Below, in pieces: positions 50,159 to 60,700 of a stretch of DNA of 64,000 nucleotides. A program made the translations under genes and the position numbers. Source of the DNA: Candidatus Eiseniibacteriota bacterium (GTDB taxonomy: Bacteria > Eisenbacteria > RBG-16-71-46); contig JBGAML010000004.1 of assembly GCA_044223005.1 (NCBI GenBank), forward strand, positions 128,001-192,000. The letters are read 5' to 3'. The notes below the pieces were generated by a model. That model saw only the letters and a list, made by a program, of their open reading frames with translations. It was not told the origin of the DNA and ran no database searches. Within the stretch, counting starts at the first letter, position 1. Every line of letters starts with the position of its first letter.

Positions 50159-50225
50159 CCGGGAACCCCTTGCGCGCCGCGGCGTTGTGCCACGCGCCCG
50201 CGCGGCACCCCGGGGTTTCCGCGCG

Positions 50226-50240
50226 TGGCATGGCCGTTGC
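50226..50240 (+). promoter_or_regulatory. Sigma54 -24/-12 promoter
   Basis: TGGCATGGCCGTTGC, about 50 nt upstream of the lipoprotein ATG. Confidence 0.65.
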
Positions 50241-50290
50241 CCTTTAGTGACGCGCGATTCATGCTCCTGCACGCAAAGGGGGAACGGACC

Positions 50291-51112
50291 ATGCGCAAGG
50301 TGACGATTCTGGTGGGCCTGCTCGCCGCCGCGTTCCTGGCGGGCTGCAACGACGACGACAACCACGTGACGGCGCCGCACGTGCGCCCGGCCGCGCCCGA
50401 GGGCGTCTACAGCGTCACGCGCAGCCAGTCGGTGGTGCTGCACTGGCTGCCCAACACGCAGGGCGGCATCGCGGGCTACCGGCTCTACCAGTCGGACGCC
50501 GCGAATGGCGACTACGTTCGCATCGGCAGCGTCGGCGCGAGCACCGATTCGTTCGTGGTGACCGGGCTCGCGAACGGTGTGACCCGCTTCTTCGCGGTCT
50601 CCGCGGTCGACGGCGCCGGCGCCGAGAGCGATCTCTCGTACGAGACGGTCTACGACACGCCGCGCCCCGAGGGCATCGGCGCGGCCATGGTCAACCTGCG
50701 CAAGCCCAACAGCGGCACGGGCTGGGACTTCTCGGCGCAGCTGGCTCGCGGCTGGACCGATCCGCAGGTGGACGTGTTCTACGACGATACGCTGGGCACG
50801 GCGCTCATCTACGCCGCCGACCTCAACACCGACATCCAGGACGCGGGCTACGCCGCATCGCTCGACCACGTCGACTTCGCGCCGGCGTCGGGCTGGTCGC
50901 CGACCGGCTCGGTCGAAGTGATCCCGGGGCACTGCTACGTGGTCTGGACGCGCGACAACCACTTCGCCAAGTTCCAGGTGAAGAGCTACAGCACCTCCGC
51001 GGTCGTCTTCGACTGGGCCTACCAGGTCGACGCCGGCAACGGCGAGCTCCGGGCCCGCCCGGTGCGACACGGCAACCCCGCGGTCCTGGAGCAGGCGCTG
51101 TCTCTGAAGTGA
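50291..51112 (+). CDS. FN3-domain lipoprotein
   Basis: Lipobox LAGC; GLANGVTRFFAVSAVDGAGAES. Confidence 0.85.
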   Translation: MRKVTILVGLLAAAFLAGCNDDDNHVTAPHVRPAAPEGVYSVTRSQSVVLHWLPNTQGGIAGYRLYQSDAANGDYVRIGSVGASTDSFVVTGLANGVTRFFAVSAVDGAGAESDLSYETVYDTPRPEGIGAAMVNLRKPNSGTGWDFSAQLARGWTDPQVDVFYDDTLGTALIYAADLNTDIQDAGYAASLDHVDFAPASGWSPTGSVEVIPGHCYVVWTRDNHFAKFQVKSYSTSAVVFDWAYQVDAGNGELRARPVRHGNPAVLEQALSLK

Positions 51113-51266
51113 CGAACGGGACGCATCCGGCGCGGGGGCCGGGCGTCGTAAGATAGGGATCGAGAACCACGGGACGGATCGTGCAGAACGGGTTTCGCCG
51201 AGCGGTGCATCCTCGAAACCCGATGTCCCCGTCCACCACGCGGGTGCGCCGCGAAGGAGTGGAGAG

Positions 51267-52721
51267 ATGAAAGCCAAGCTGCACTGGGGCGCGTGGGCGC
51301 TCGCGGTACTGGCGCTCGGCGCGGCGTTGCCGGCGGCCGCTTCGCCGCGGACGCTCGCGGTCGAAGTGTGGACCGACCGCGGCGACGACGCGGTGTACCG
51401 CACCGGCGACGCCATGCAGGTGAAGGTGCGCGCGAACGACGACGCGTACCTGCTCGTCTACGAGATCGACGCCAACGGCAAGGTGTCGGTGCTCTATCCG
51501 TGGCGCCGCGGCTCGAACATGGTCGAAGGCCGCCGCACGTACCGGCTGCCGCCCGAGAACTCCGGCTACGAGCTCGCGGTCGAGAACGCGACCGGCCAGG
51601 GCTACATCGTGGCGATCGCCTCGCGGCGCCCGTTCCGCGACCTGCCGTGGTACCTGCGGCCGTTCGATCCGCAGGGCGAGAGCGTCGGCTACGAGAACCG
51701 GCACGACGACGAAGACGGCTTCGACGAGGACGGCAACGTCGTCGGCGACCCGATGGTCGCCATGGAGCGCGTCCGCCGCCGCGTGCTCGACCGGCCGTCG
51801 GACACGGACGACTTCGCGTCGTCGTACGCCAGCTACTACGTGGGCCACGAAGTGCGCTATCCGCGCTACCTGTGCGCGGACTGCCACCGGCCCGGGCAGT
51901 GGGCGTGGTGGGACGGCTTCGATCCCTACTACGCGCGCTGCAGCGTGTTCGATTTCCGCGTGAACTGGAACTGGTGCTGGGGTCCGTGCATCTGGAACGG
52001 CTACGTGCCCTACTACTACTACGTCGTGCGTTCGGACTGCCCGCCGCGCTACTACGACTACTACCAGGACCGTTCGCGCTGGTCGTCGTGGGACGGCTAC
52101 CAGCGGTTCAACTCGCTCTGGGGGAACCAGCTCGTCCGCCACAAGACGACGCCGCCCCCGGGCTACACGCCGCCGCCGCCTCCGGGCAGCAAGCCGGTGT
52201 GGGCGGGCGGGCCGCCGCCCAACGGCGGGACGCTGCCGCCGGGTTACCTGCCTCCGGGCAGCTCCAACGTGACGGGCCGTCGTGGTGGTGGGTTCGTGAC
52301 GCCGCAGCCGATCGGTCGCGGCACGACCGTGCAGCCGGGCACGCGTCCGTCGGGCGACTGGCGCGGCGGTGAACGTCCGCGCGGCGGCAACGGCGACACG
52401 CAGCGCCCGCCGGTGCGCGACGGTGGCATCCGTCCGACGCCGTACGATTCGCCGCGGCAGGAGACCCCGCGCACCGAGCCGCGTCGCGAGGCGCCGCGGC
52501 AGGAGTCGCCACGGCAGGAGAGCCCACGGCAGGAGGCGCCGCGCGTCGAGCCGCGCCGCGAGGCGCCGCCCGCGCCGCGGCAGGAGGCGCCGCGCCAGGA
52601 GGCCCCGCGCGTGGAGCCGCGCCGCGAGGAACCCCGGCACGAGACGCCGCGCCAGGAGCCGCCGGCCCGGCCGCAGCAGCCGGAGCGCAACAAGGAGGAC
52701 GGACCCCGCCGGGAGCGCTGA
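51267..52721 (+). CDS. DUF4384-like exported protein with Tyr/Trp-rich middle and Pro/Arg repeat tail
   Basis: Signal peptide; VWTDRG..YRTGD...DAYLLVYEIDANGKVSVLYP; RQEAP repeats. Confidence 0.75.
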   Translation: MKAKLHWGAWALAVLALGAALPAAASPRTLAVEVWTDRGDDAVYRTGDAMQVKVRANDDAYLLVYEIDANGKVSVLYPWRRGSNMVEGRRTYRLPPENSGYELAVENATGQGYIVAIASRRPFRDLPWYLRPFDPQGESVGYENRHDDEDGFDEDGNVVGDPMVAMERVRRRVLDRPSDTDDFASSYASYYVGHEVRYPRYLCADCHRPGQWAWWDGFDPYYARCSVFDFRVNWNWCWGPCIWNGYVPYYYYVVRSDCPPRYYDYYQDRSRWSSWDGYQRFNSLWGNQLVRHKTTPPPGYTPPPPPGSKPVWAGGPPPNGGTLPPGYLPPGSSNVTGRRGGGFVTPQPIGRGTTVQPGTRPSGDWRGGERPRGGNGDTQRPPVRDGGIRPTPYDSPRQETPRTEPRREAPRQESPRQESPRQEAPRVEPRREAPPAPRQEAPRQEAPRVEPRREEPRHETPRQEPPARPQQPERNKEDGPRRER

Positions 52722-52839
52722 AACTCCCGGGGCGTTCGCGGGTATACTGAGGCGCCTGCCTCGACCCTGACGAGGCGGCGGGACCGGATCGCCGGTCCCG
52801 CCGCTTTCGCATTCGTCCCCGTTCCCGGAGAACCGTCGC

Positions 52840-53751
52840 GTGCCGATCCTGCGTGCCCTGGGTTCCGCCGTGCTGCTGGCCGCCTGCGCCGGAGCAGCGT
52901 TCGCCGCCCCGCCCGGCTTCGCCTTCCTCGAGGTGCCCGCGGGGGCCCGCGCGGCCGCCCTGGGCGGCGCGTACGTCTCGCTCGCCGACGGCGCCGAGGG
53001 CGCGTTCTGGAACCCGGCCGGGCTCGCGGGCGTGGCCGGGACGCAGGTGACGGGCTCGCACGAGGAGGCGTTCCAGGGGCTGAAGCACGACCAGTTCGCG
53101 GTCGCCGGCCAGCTGTTCGGCGGCGGCCTCGCGGCCTCGATGCGCGCGATGTACTCGCAGCCGATCGACGAGCGCGACGAACTGGGCAACCTGATCGGCT
53201 CGTTCGGCTCGCACGATCTGGAGTTCCAGCTCGGCTACGGCTGGAAGGCCGGCACGACGCGCTTCGGGCTCGCGGCGCAGGCGGTGCGCGAACGCATCGC
53301 GAACGAGTCGGCGACGACCTTCAGCGGCAGCGCGGGCGCGCAGTGGGCACCCGCGGCCTCGCCCAACCTTCGCTTCGGCGTCGCGGCCGAGCACCTCGGC
53401 CCCGCCGCGCGCTACACGTTCGACGGCGCGAAGGGCGAACCGGTCTCGCTCCCCGCGGCGCTGCAGGCGGGCGGCTCGTGGCGGCACGACCTGCACGGCG
53501 GCATGCACCTCACCGCGGCGCTCGACGCGCGCGCGACGCGCGGCCGGCAGGCCGTGGTCGCGCTCGGCAGCGAGCTCGCGCTGGACGCGGGCGCGGCGCT
53601 GCGGCTCGGTGCGCGGCCGGGCGACGACGTCTCGCCGTGGGGCGCGGGCGTCGGCTGGCAGCACGGCACGTTCCGCGTGGACTACGCGTGGGTGCCGTCG
53701 CGCCTCGACCTCGGCGACACGCACCGCTTCTCGTTCGGCGCGCAGTTCTGA
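52840..53751 (+). CDS. PorV/PorQ-family outer-membrane protein
   Basis: FLEVPAGARAAALGGAY...FWNPAGLA; VDYAW...LGDTHRFS. Confidence 0.85.
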   Translation: MPILRALGSAVLLAACAGAAFAAPPGFAFLEVPAGARAAALGGAYVSLADGAEGAFWNPAGLAGVAGTQVTGSHEEAFQGLKHDQFAVAGQLFGGGLAASMRAMYSQPIDERDELGNLIGSFGSHDLEFQLGYGWKAGTTRFGLAAQAVRERIANESATTFSGSAGAQWAPAASPNLRFGVAAEHLGPAARYTFDGAKGEPVSLPAALQAGGSWRHDLHGGMHLTAALDARATRGRQAVVALGSELALDAGAALRLGARPGDDVSPWGAGVGWQHGTFRVDYAWVPSRLDLGDTHRFSFGAQF

Positions 53752-53770
53752 CGAGCGCGCGCCGCGCGCG

Positions 53771-54508
53771 TCAGCCGGCGACCGGGTCCGTGCGCAGCGT
53801 GAGCTTGCCCGCGCGCAGTTCGAGCCACGTGAATCGCTCGATCCAGTCGCCGAGCACGAAGAACTCGCGGCCGTTCTCGCGCTGTTCGTACGCGTGGTGG
53901 AAGTGGCCGATGATCACGCCGTCGTAGCCTTCGGCGAAGCGCGGCTTCGCGATCTCGTTCCAGAGCCGCTCGGGCTGCAGCGGCGGATGCCCGCGCGAGT
54001 GGCGCGACGCGCCCGAGACCCAGTGCGCGAACGGCACGCCGAGATCGGGGTGCAGCCACTGGTAGGCCGCGATGCTCGCCGGGTGGCGCAGGATGCCGCG
54101 CAGGACCTTGTAGCCGAGGTCGCCGCCGACCAGCCCGTCGCCGTGGTGGACCCAGAGCCGGCGGCCCTGCTGCTCGACGGTGACGGCGCCGTCGACCGTG
54201 GCGAGGCCCAGTTCCTCGCGCAGGAAGGGGCCCAGCCAGAAGTCGTGGTTGCCGTTCAGGTACACGATCTCGACCCCGGCGGCCTTGAGGCGCTCGAGAG
54301 CCGAAAGAGTGCCGAAAAGACGGCGTGGAATGGCCATCCGCCATTCGAACCAAAAGTCGAACAGGTCCCCGACGATATACAGGGTGGACACCCGCCCCGG
54401 CAGCGAGTCCAGGAAGCCGTGCAGGCGCGCCGTGCGCGCCGCCTCTCGCTCCCTCGGCTCGGCTCCCAGGTGGGCGTCCGAGAAGAACACGACCGAGCGT
54501 TCCTGCAT
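53771..54508 (-). CDS. lpxH: UDP-2,3-diacylglucosamine diphosphatase (LpxH-like)
   Basis: SDAHLG, GDLFDFW, GNHD, HGD, GHFH, LGDW. Confidence 0.88.
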   Translation of the reverse strand: MQERSVVFFSDAHLGAEPREREAARTARLHGFLDSLPGRVSTLYIVGDLFDFWFEWRMAIPRRLFGTLSALERLKAAGVEIVYLNGNHDFWLGPFLREELGLATVDGAVTVEQQGRRLWVHHGDGLVGGDLGYKVLRGILRHPASIAAYQWLHPDLGVPFAHWVSGASRHSRGHPPLQPERLWNEIAKPRFAEGYDGVIIGHFHHAYEQRENGREFFVLGDWIERFTWLELRAGKLTLRTDPVAG

Positions 54509-54844
54509 GGGGGCGCAGTCTAGGCGGTGGTCCCCGCGCTGGCCAGCCGACCGGCGGCCGGGGGCGCCTCCCGGTCCGGCCCGTGGCGTCAAGGCTTCAT
54601 CAGATCTCCATTGCACGACGCAACCCTGCAGGGAATCACCGCGTCTATCGCTTCGACCGCGACGTCCCGCGAATCGCCGCATCCCGAGGGGCACGAATCC
54701 CCCCGCGGCGCCGCGCGGGACTTGACGGTGAAGTGACCACCGGCCGGCGTGCCGGCACTAGAGTCACTCGCACTTCGGAGCCGCCGCAGGCCGCGCGCCA
54801 CGGCGGGCCGCGTTCCACCGAGTCGCTTCCCTGGGAGGAGCAAG

Positions 54845-56320
54845 ATGGACGGCAGGTCGGTCATTCGTCCCCGCAGCTACTTCATCGGTGCCGCCGCACT
54901 CGTGCTGGCCGGGCTGGTCCTGGGGCTCGGACTTTCCGCGAGCCTCGACCTGCATTCGCGCTCGCAGGCCGCCACGGCCCAGCTGGCCGCCGTCTCCAAC
55001 TCGGCGCCGCTGCCGGAGAGCCCGTTCACGTCCGTCGTCGAACGCGCGCTGCCCGCGGTGGTGTTCATCGACGTCCGCAAGAAGGCCACGGCCGGTGACG
55101 ACCAGGGCGACGAGTTCCTGCGCCGCTTCTTCAACGAGCAGGTGCCGCGGCACCCGCAGCGCACGCCGTCGTCGGGCTCGGGCTTCATCATCGATTCCCA
55201 GGGCCACATCATGACGAACAACCACGTGGTCTCGAACGCGGACGAGATCAACGTCACGCTCAACGACGGCCGGACCTTCAAGGCGCGCGTCGTGGGCGCG
55301 GATCCCGAGACCGACGTCGCGGTGATCCAGATCGACGGCCAGAACCTCCCGGTGCTCCCGCTCGGCGATTCCGACCGCGTGCGCGTCGGCGACTGGGCGA
55401 TCGCGATCGGCAACCCGCTCGGGGAGCTGCGCGGCTCGGTCACGGTCGGGATCGTGAGCGCGCAGGGCCGGACGAACCTCAACATCTACGGCGGCACGCC
55501 GGAGTACCAGGACTTCATCCAGACCGACGCGTCGATCAACTTCGGCAACTCGGGCGGCCCGCTGTGCAACATCCGCGGCGAGGCGATGGGCATCAACACC
55601 GCGATCAACACGAGCGGCCAGGGCATCGGCTTCGCGGTGCCGATCAACCTCGCCAAGCACGTGGCCGAGCAGCTCGTCGCCCACGGCTCGGTGCGGCGCG
55701 CGCAGCTGGGCGTCTACCTCGCGGACATGACCCCCGAGGTCGCCGAGGGCTTCGGCCTGTCCGGCACCAAGGGCGTGCTGATCTCGCGGGTCATGGACGA
55801 TTCCCCGGCGTCCCGCGGCGGCCTGCAGCGCAACGACGTGATCGTGGAGTTCGACGGCCAGCCCGTTTCGGATCTGCAGAAGCTCCGGCTCCGGGTGGCC
55901 GATACCACTCCCGGGAAGCCCGTGTCGCTCGTGGTGCTCCGCGGCGGCAAGCGCATGGTCGTGACGGTCACGCCCAAGGACAAGGACGACAAGCTCGCCA
56001 GCAACACGGACGATTCGAACGTCGACGACAGCAAGGGCACTCTCGGCGGCCTGACGGTCCGGTCGCTGCGGGACGAAGAGAAGAAGCAGCTCGGCATCGA
56101 GAACGGCGTCCGCGTGACGGACGTCGAGGACGGCTCGGTGGCGGACGACAAGGGCATCCAGCCCAACGACGTCGTCGAGATGGTCGGCACCAGCCCGGTC
56201 AACGATCCGGCATCGTTCGCCCGGCTGATGGCCGCGCAGAAGAAGGCCGGCCGGCCGGCGGTCCTGTTCGTCAACCGGAACGGCAACTCGCAGTACGTCC
56301 CGCTTCGCCTCGACAAGTAG
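54845..56320 (+). CDS. degP: Do/DegP-family serine protease with two PDZ domains
   Basis: GSGFII, TNNHVV, QTDASINFGNSGGPL. Confidence 0.93.
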   Translation: MDGRSVIRPRSYFIGAAALVLAGLVLGLGLSASLDLHSRSQAATAQLAAVSNSAPLPESPFTSVVERALPAVVFIDVRKKATAGDDQGDEFLRRFFNEQVPRHPQRTPSSGSGFIIDSQGHIMTNNHVVSNADEINVTLNDGRTFKARVVGADPETDVAVIQIDGQNLPVLPLGDSDRVRVGDWAIAIGNPLGELRGSVTVGIVSAQGRTNLNIYGGTPEYQDFIQTDASINFGNSGGPLCNIRGEAMGINTAINTSGQGIGFAVPINLAKHVAEQLVAHGSVRRAQLGVYLADMTPEVAEGFGLSGTKGVLISRVMDDSPASRGGLQRNDVIVEFDGQPVSDLQKLRLRVADTTPGKPVSLVVLRGGKRMVVTVTPKDKDDKLASNTDDSNVDDSKGTLGGLTVRSLRDEEKKQLGIENGVRVTDVEDGSVADDKGIQPNDVVEMVGTSPVNDPASFARLMAAQKKAGRPAVLFVNRNGNSQYVPLRLDK

Positions 56321-56413
56321 CGCGCGACGCGATACACCCGAGGACGCGAACCGGGCGGGAGGCGACCGAGGCGGTCGCCTCCCGTCACGCCATGGACGGC
56401 GAGGGAGACTCGC

Positions 56414-57679
56414 ATGGAACACCGGAACATCCTCCGAGGAATCCGACCGGCGCTCGCCGCGCTGGCGCTGGTGCTGTGCGCCGGCGGCGCACGTGCGGAC
56501 GGCGTCGTGCCGCCCAGCGTGACGAGCGTGCGCAGCTGGTCCGCGCCCGCCAACACGCGCGTCGTGTTCGACTTCTCGGAGCCGGTCGAGGCGGTGATGC
56601 CCGACTCGGGCACCGCCGCGCGCATCGTGATCTCCGTGCCGCGTGCGGGGCTCGTGCCCGCCGCCGGCGTCCCGGCGCTGCTCGCGGTCCGCGACAGCGT
56701 GGTCGACTCGGTGTTCGTGGCGTTCGACGCCAGCGGCGCCCGGTTCACGATCGTGCTCGCGCCGGGGACCACGTTCCACGCGTTCCCGCTCGTCGCCGCG
56801 GAAGACAAGCCGTTCCGCATCGTGGTCGACGTGGCGCGGGCGGGCGGGCAGGCGGCCGAGGACAAGCGGCTCGCCGACATCGCCGCGGCCAAGCGGCGCG
56901 ACCGCGTGCGGCTGGTGTACATCGACGCGGGCCACGGCGGTGACGACACCGGCGCGCGCGGGCCGGGCGGCGTGCTCGAGAAGCACATCACGCTGGCCGT
57001 GGCGCGCGACCTCGCCGAGGAGCTCAACAAGATCAAGGGCGTGCGGGCCATGCTGACGCGCGACGCCGACTACTTCATCCCGCTCCACCAGCGCTACAAG
57101 ATCGCCGAGCAGGCGCGGGCCGACCTGTTCATCAGCATCCACTGCAACTCCAGCCGCCGCCGCGGCAGCGGCAGCGGCACCGAGGTCTACTTCCTGTCGC
57201 TGAAGGGCGCGAGCGACCAGGCGGACAAGGACCTCGCGGACCTCGAGAACGCGGCCGACATGGTCGGCGGCGTGCCGGCACAGGCCGAGGACGCGGTGGT
57301 GAGCGTGCTTTACAACGTGAAGCGCAATGCCGCGCTCGAGCACAGCCAGCTGCTGGCCGAGACGCTGGTCGACCACATCGCGGCCGACCGCCGCGTGGAA
57401 TCGCGCGGCATCAAGCAGGCGGGCTTCGCGGTGCTGAAGTCGGTGGAGTTCCCGAGCGTGCTCGTGGAGACCGCGTTCATCAACAACCCGCGCGAGGTGA
57501 AGCTGCTCCGCGATCCGGTGTTCCAGCGCCAGCTCGGCAAGCAGCTCGCCGACGGCGTCGTGGCCTACTTCGGCGCGGCCGGCGTGAAGCTCGGCGCGCC
57601 CGCGGACAGCTCGCACGGACCCGGCGCCCCGGCCGGCGCCACGGGCGCGACGGGCCAGACGGGCATGCTGGTGCGCTGA
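56414..57679 (+). CDS. N-acetylmuramoyl-L-alanine amidase with AMIN domain
   Basis: IDAGHGGDDTGA, FISIHCN, VLVETAFINN. Confidence 0.93.
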   Translation: MEHRNILRGIRPALAALALVLCAGGARADGVVPPSVTSVRSWSAPANTRVVFDFSEPVEAVMPDSGTAARIVISVPRAGLVPAAGVPALLAVRDSVVDSVFVAFDASGARFTIVLAPGTTFHAFPLVAAEDKPFRIVVDVARAGGQAAEDKRLADIAAAKRRDRVRLVYIDAGHGGDDTGARGPGGVLEKHITLAVARDLAEELNKIKGVRAMLTRDADYFIPLHQRYKIAEQARADLFISIHCNSSRRRGSGSGTEVYFLSLKGASDQADKDLADLENAADMVGGVPAQAEDAVVSVLYNVKRNAALEHSQLLAETLVDHIAADRRVESRGIKQAGFAVLKSVEFPSVLVETAFINNPREVKLLRDPVFQRQLGKQLADGVVAYFGAAGVKLGAPADSSHGPGAPAGATGATGQTGMLVR

Positions 57680-57691
57680 CGTTTCACCCCA

Positions 57692-57738
57692 GCGAAACGG
57701 GCCCGCGGCGCATCGCGCCGCGGGCCCGTTCGCGTTTC
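57692..57738. terminator. Bidirectional terminator hairpin
   Basis: AACGGGCCCGCGGCGC-ATC-GCGCCGCGGGCCCGTT between convergent genes. Confidence 0.75.
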
Positions 57739-57748
57739 CGCCGCCGCG

Positions 57749-60700
57749 TCAGCGGCCCGACTGCGTGATGCGGCCGTCCTCGCGGATCGTGAGCGCCGCA
57801 CCGCCCTTGCAGCGGTCGCGCACGTACGCCTCCATGGCGCCGCGGATGATCAGCCCCGCGTCGTCGCGGCCGCCCGCGCCCTTGTTGAGCACGTCGTAAT
57901 TGTCACCACCCGTGGCCATGAAGTTGTTGACCGCGACCTTGTAGGTCTTCGCCGGGTCGATCGGCGAACCGTCGGCCATGGTCAGGCTCGTGACGCGGTC
58001 CATCGGGGCGCGGCTCGAGTCGAAGGCGTAGCGGATGCCGCTCACCTGGGTGACGCGCTCGTACTTGAGCGCCTGCTCGAGACCGCGCTTCACCTCGGCG
58101 CCGGTGAGCGTCACGACCACGATCGTGTTGTCGAACGGCATGATTTCGTAGATCGCGCCGCGCGTGATCTCCCCCGCCGGGAGGTCGGCGCGCATGCCGC
58201 CCGGGTTCTGCATGGCGATGTCGGCGCCGCTCTGGAAGCGCATCGCGTCGCAGATGAAGTCGCCGATCGTGGCCTCCGGCCGGCCGCGGCGCAGCGGCTC
58301 CGCGTTGCGGCCGATCACCTCGGCCGCGATCGGGGCGACGTTCGCGTTCCAGCCCCTCACGCGCGCCACCCACGTGGTGTCGAGCGGGTACTCGTCCGCC
58401 CACACCTGCATGATGCGCTGCTTGCGCTCGACCACCGCGCGCTTGGTCACGTCCACGGTGAGGTCGGCCATGGCGAGCCACTGGCCGTTGGCGCCGGCGA
58501 TCATGACGGGCGCGTCGTGGATGCGGTCGTCGACCACGTTGTGGCTGTGGCCCCCGAACCACGCGTCCACGCCGGCGATGCCGTTGGCGAGCCGCGCGAC
58601 GTCGCCGCGTGCCCTGCGCGACGAGTCGGTCTCGGCCGGGATGTGGCCCACGACGACGACCACATTGGCCCCGGCCTTGCGCAGGCGCGGCACCGCGAGC
58701 GCGGTGGTCGCCGAGTCGTCCTCGAACCGGAGGTGCGCGACGTTGGTGGGCAGCGTCACCCGCGGCGTGCCGGGATAGCCGAGCCCGAGGATCGACACCT
58801 TCACGCCGCGGCGCGCGACGCTGGTGTCGCTGCGCACCCACCAGGGCCGCTTGCCGCTCTTGCGCTCGACGATGTTGGCGCCCAGCGCCGCGAAGCGCAT
58901 GCCGTGCACGCGCGCCTGCAGCGTGTCCACGGTCCAGTCGAAGTCGTGGTTGCCGATCGCGGCGGCGGTGTAGTGGAGCAGGTTCATCTGCTCGACCACC
59001 GGCCGGCCGTACTGCAGGTTCGAGATCATCGTGCCCTGGAAGATGTCGCCGCCGTCGATCAGCACGGTGCCTTCCGGGTTCTCGGCGCGGAAGTGCTCGA
59101 TCCACGCGGCCAGCGCGGGCGTGCTGCCGAACGCGCGACCGCTGCGGCGGTCCTTCGCGCCGCCCAGGATCGCGCCGTGGAAGTCCGTGGTCTCGAGCAC
59201 GCGGATCACGGGCAGGCGCAGGTTGGCGAGCATGCCGAGCCACTGCGCGCGCGTGAGCCGCGCGGACGGGTCGGCACCTACACTCGTTCCCGTGAGCAAG
59301 CTGCGGCGGAAGGCGGGGTCTGCGCCCGAACGTGTAGTAATCGCGAGTTTCTCGGCACGCGCGGTGCGCTCGCACGCCGCGAGCGCCTCACCGACCGTCA
59401 CGAGGACGGCATCATCTCGACGGGCCAGGGGCGAGAGCTTGCTATGCGGGAACGCCATGTAGTTCCAGTAGCCCAGGTCCCGGCGGTTCGCCGCCTTATC
59501 CCAACCCTCTTCGTCAAAGAACATGGGGTCGATGACATGGTTGCGCACGAGCCTCTCGATCAGCGGACGTTCCGGACTCGCAATCCAATCCGGACGCAGG
59601 GACCACGTGAATTGCACTGTGCCCTGGAGTTGCTTCTGCGAGCGCGCATAGGCCAGTAGTGCCTGCGGAGCCGTCACACTTGCGTGCCCGACTCGCGGCG
59701 CGCGACGGATCATCTCAAAGTCTCCGCCGCCCGCGGCGCGGTACCCATTCACCACAACCCGGAACGTATCGGAGGGCAAGACTTCATACCAATAGGGTGG
59801 ACCCGTGCGGTCATAGCGCTTCAGTGCGAGGATTCGCTGCCCGACGGGCTTCGTAGGGTCGATCTTGTATGTAACGCCCATCGCCATGTCGAAGTTGAAG
59901 CCCGGCATGCCGGGCTCGATCAGCGACTTGCCGTCCTCGCCCGTGTAGGGCGCGAGGAAGCGCGCCGACTGCTCGAGCGCCTCCTTCAGCTCGGCTCCGG
60001 TCAGCCGCACGGTGACGAGCGTGTTGTCGTAGGGGTAGAGCCGCATCAGGTCGCGCACGCGCACCGGGCCGGCCGCGATCACCTGCGACGGGTCGAACAT
60101 CGCGGCGAGCGACACGTCGGCGCCGGTCGCGGCGAGCTGCGCGCGATGGATCAGCTGCCAGAGCGCGTTGTCCGCGAGCCGCCCGGCGGGCGCGGCGAGG
60201 TCGCTGCCGGCGGTGGCGACGGTGACGTCGAGCGCGGCCTTCGTGCGCGCCGCGTAGGGCGCGAGCGCCGCGGCCAGCGCCGGGTCCGTGGCGACGGTGT
60301 CGCCGAGCGCGATCACCGTCGCGCGCTTCGTGGCCACCGTCCATGGCGCGGCGTCGCTCGCGCGCGTGAGCGTGAGGTCGACGCGGCCCAGGCTCTCGGC
60401 CGACTTGCCGGCCTGCGTGACGAGGGCGCCGCCGATCTCGGCGTACGGCACGACCACGTGCGTGTGCCCGAGGATCACCACGTCCACGCCGCGCACTTCG
60501 TTGGCGAGCCGCCAGCCGAAGTCCTCGCCGGGGGCGTCGCCCTTGCGCAGCTCGCCCGTGCGCGGGTCCTTCTCGAAGCCGGTGTGCGCGAGCACCACGA
60601 TCACGTCGCAGTGCTCCGCGCCGCGCAGTCGCGCGACCTCGCGCTGCGCCACCTCGATCGGCGAGAGGAACATGTAGCCCGCGATCTGCGCCGGATCGGC

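Noticed and set aside
59270..59880. Diversity-generating retroelement variable region
   Set aside because: No template repeat or reverse transcriptase in the window, and the patch is long and internal.
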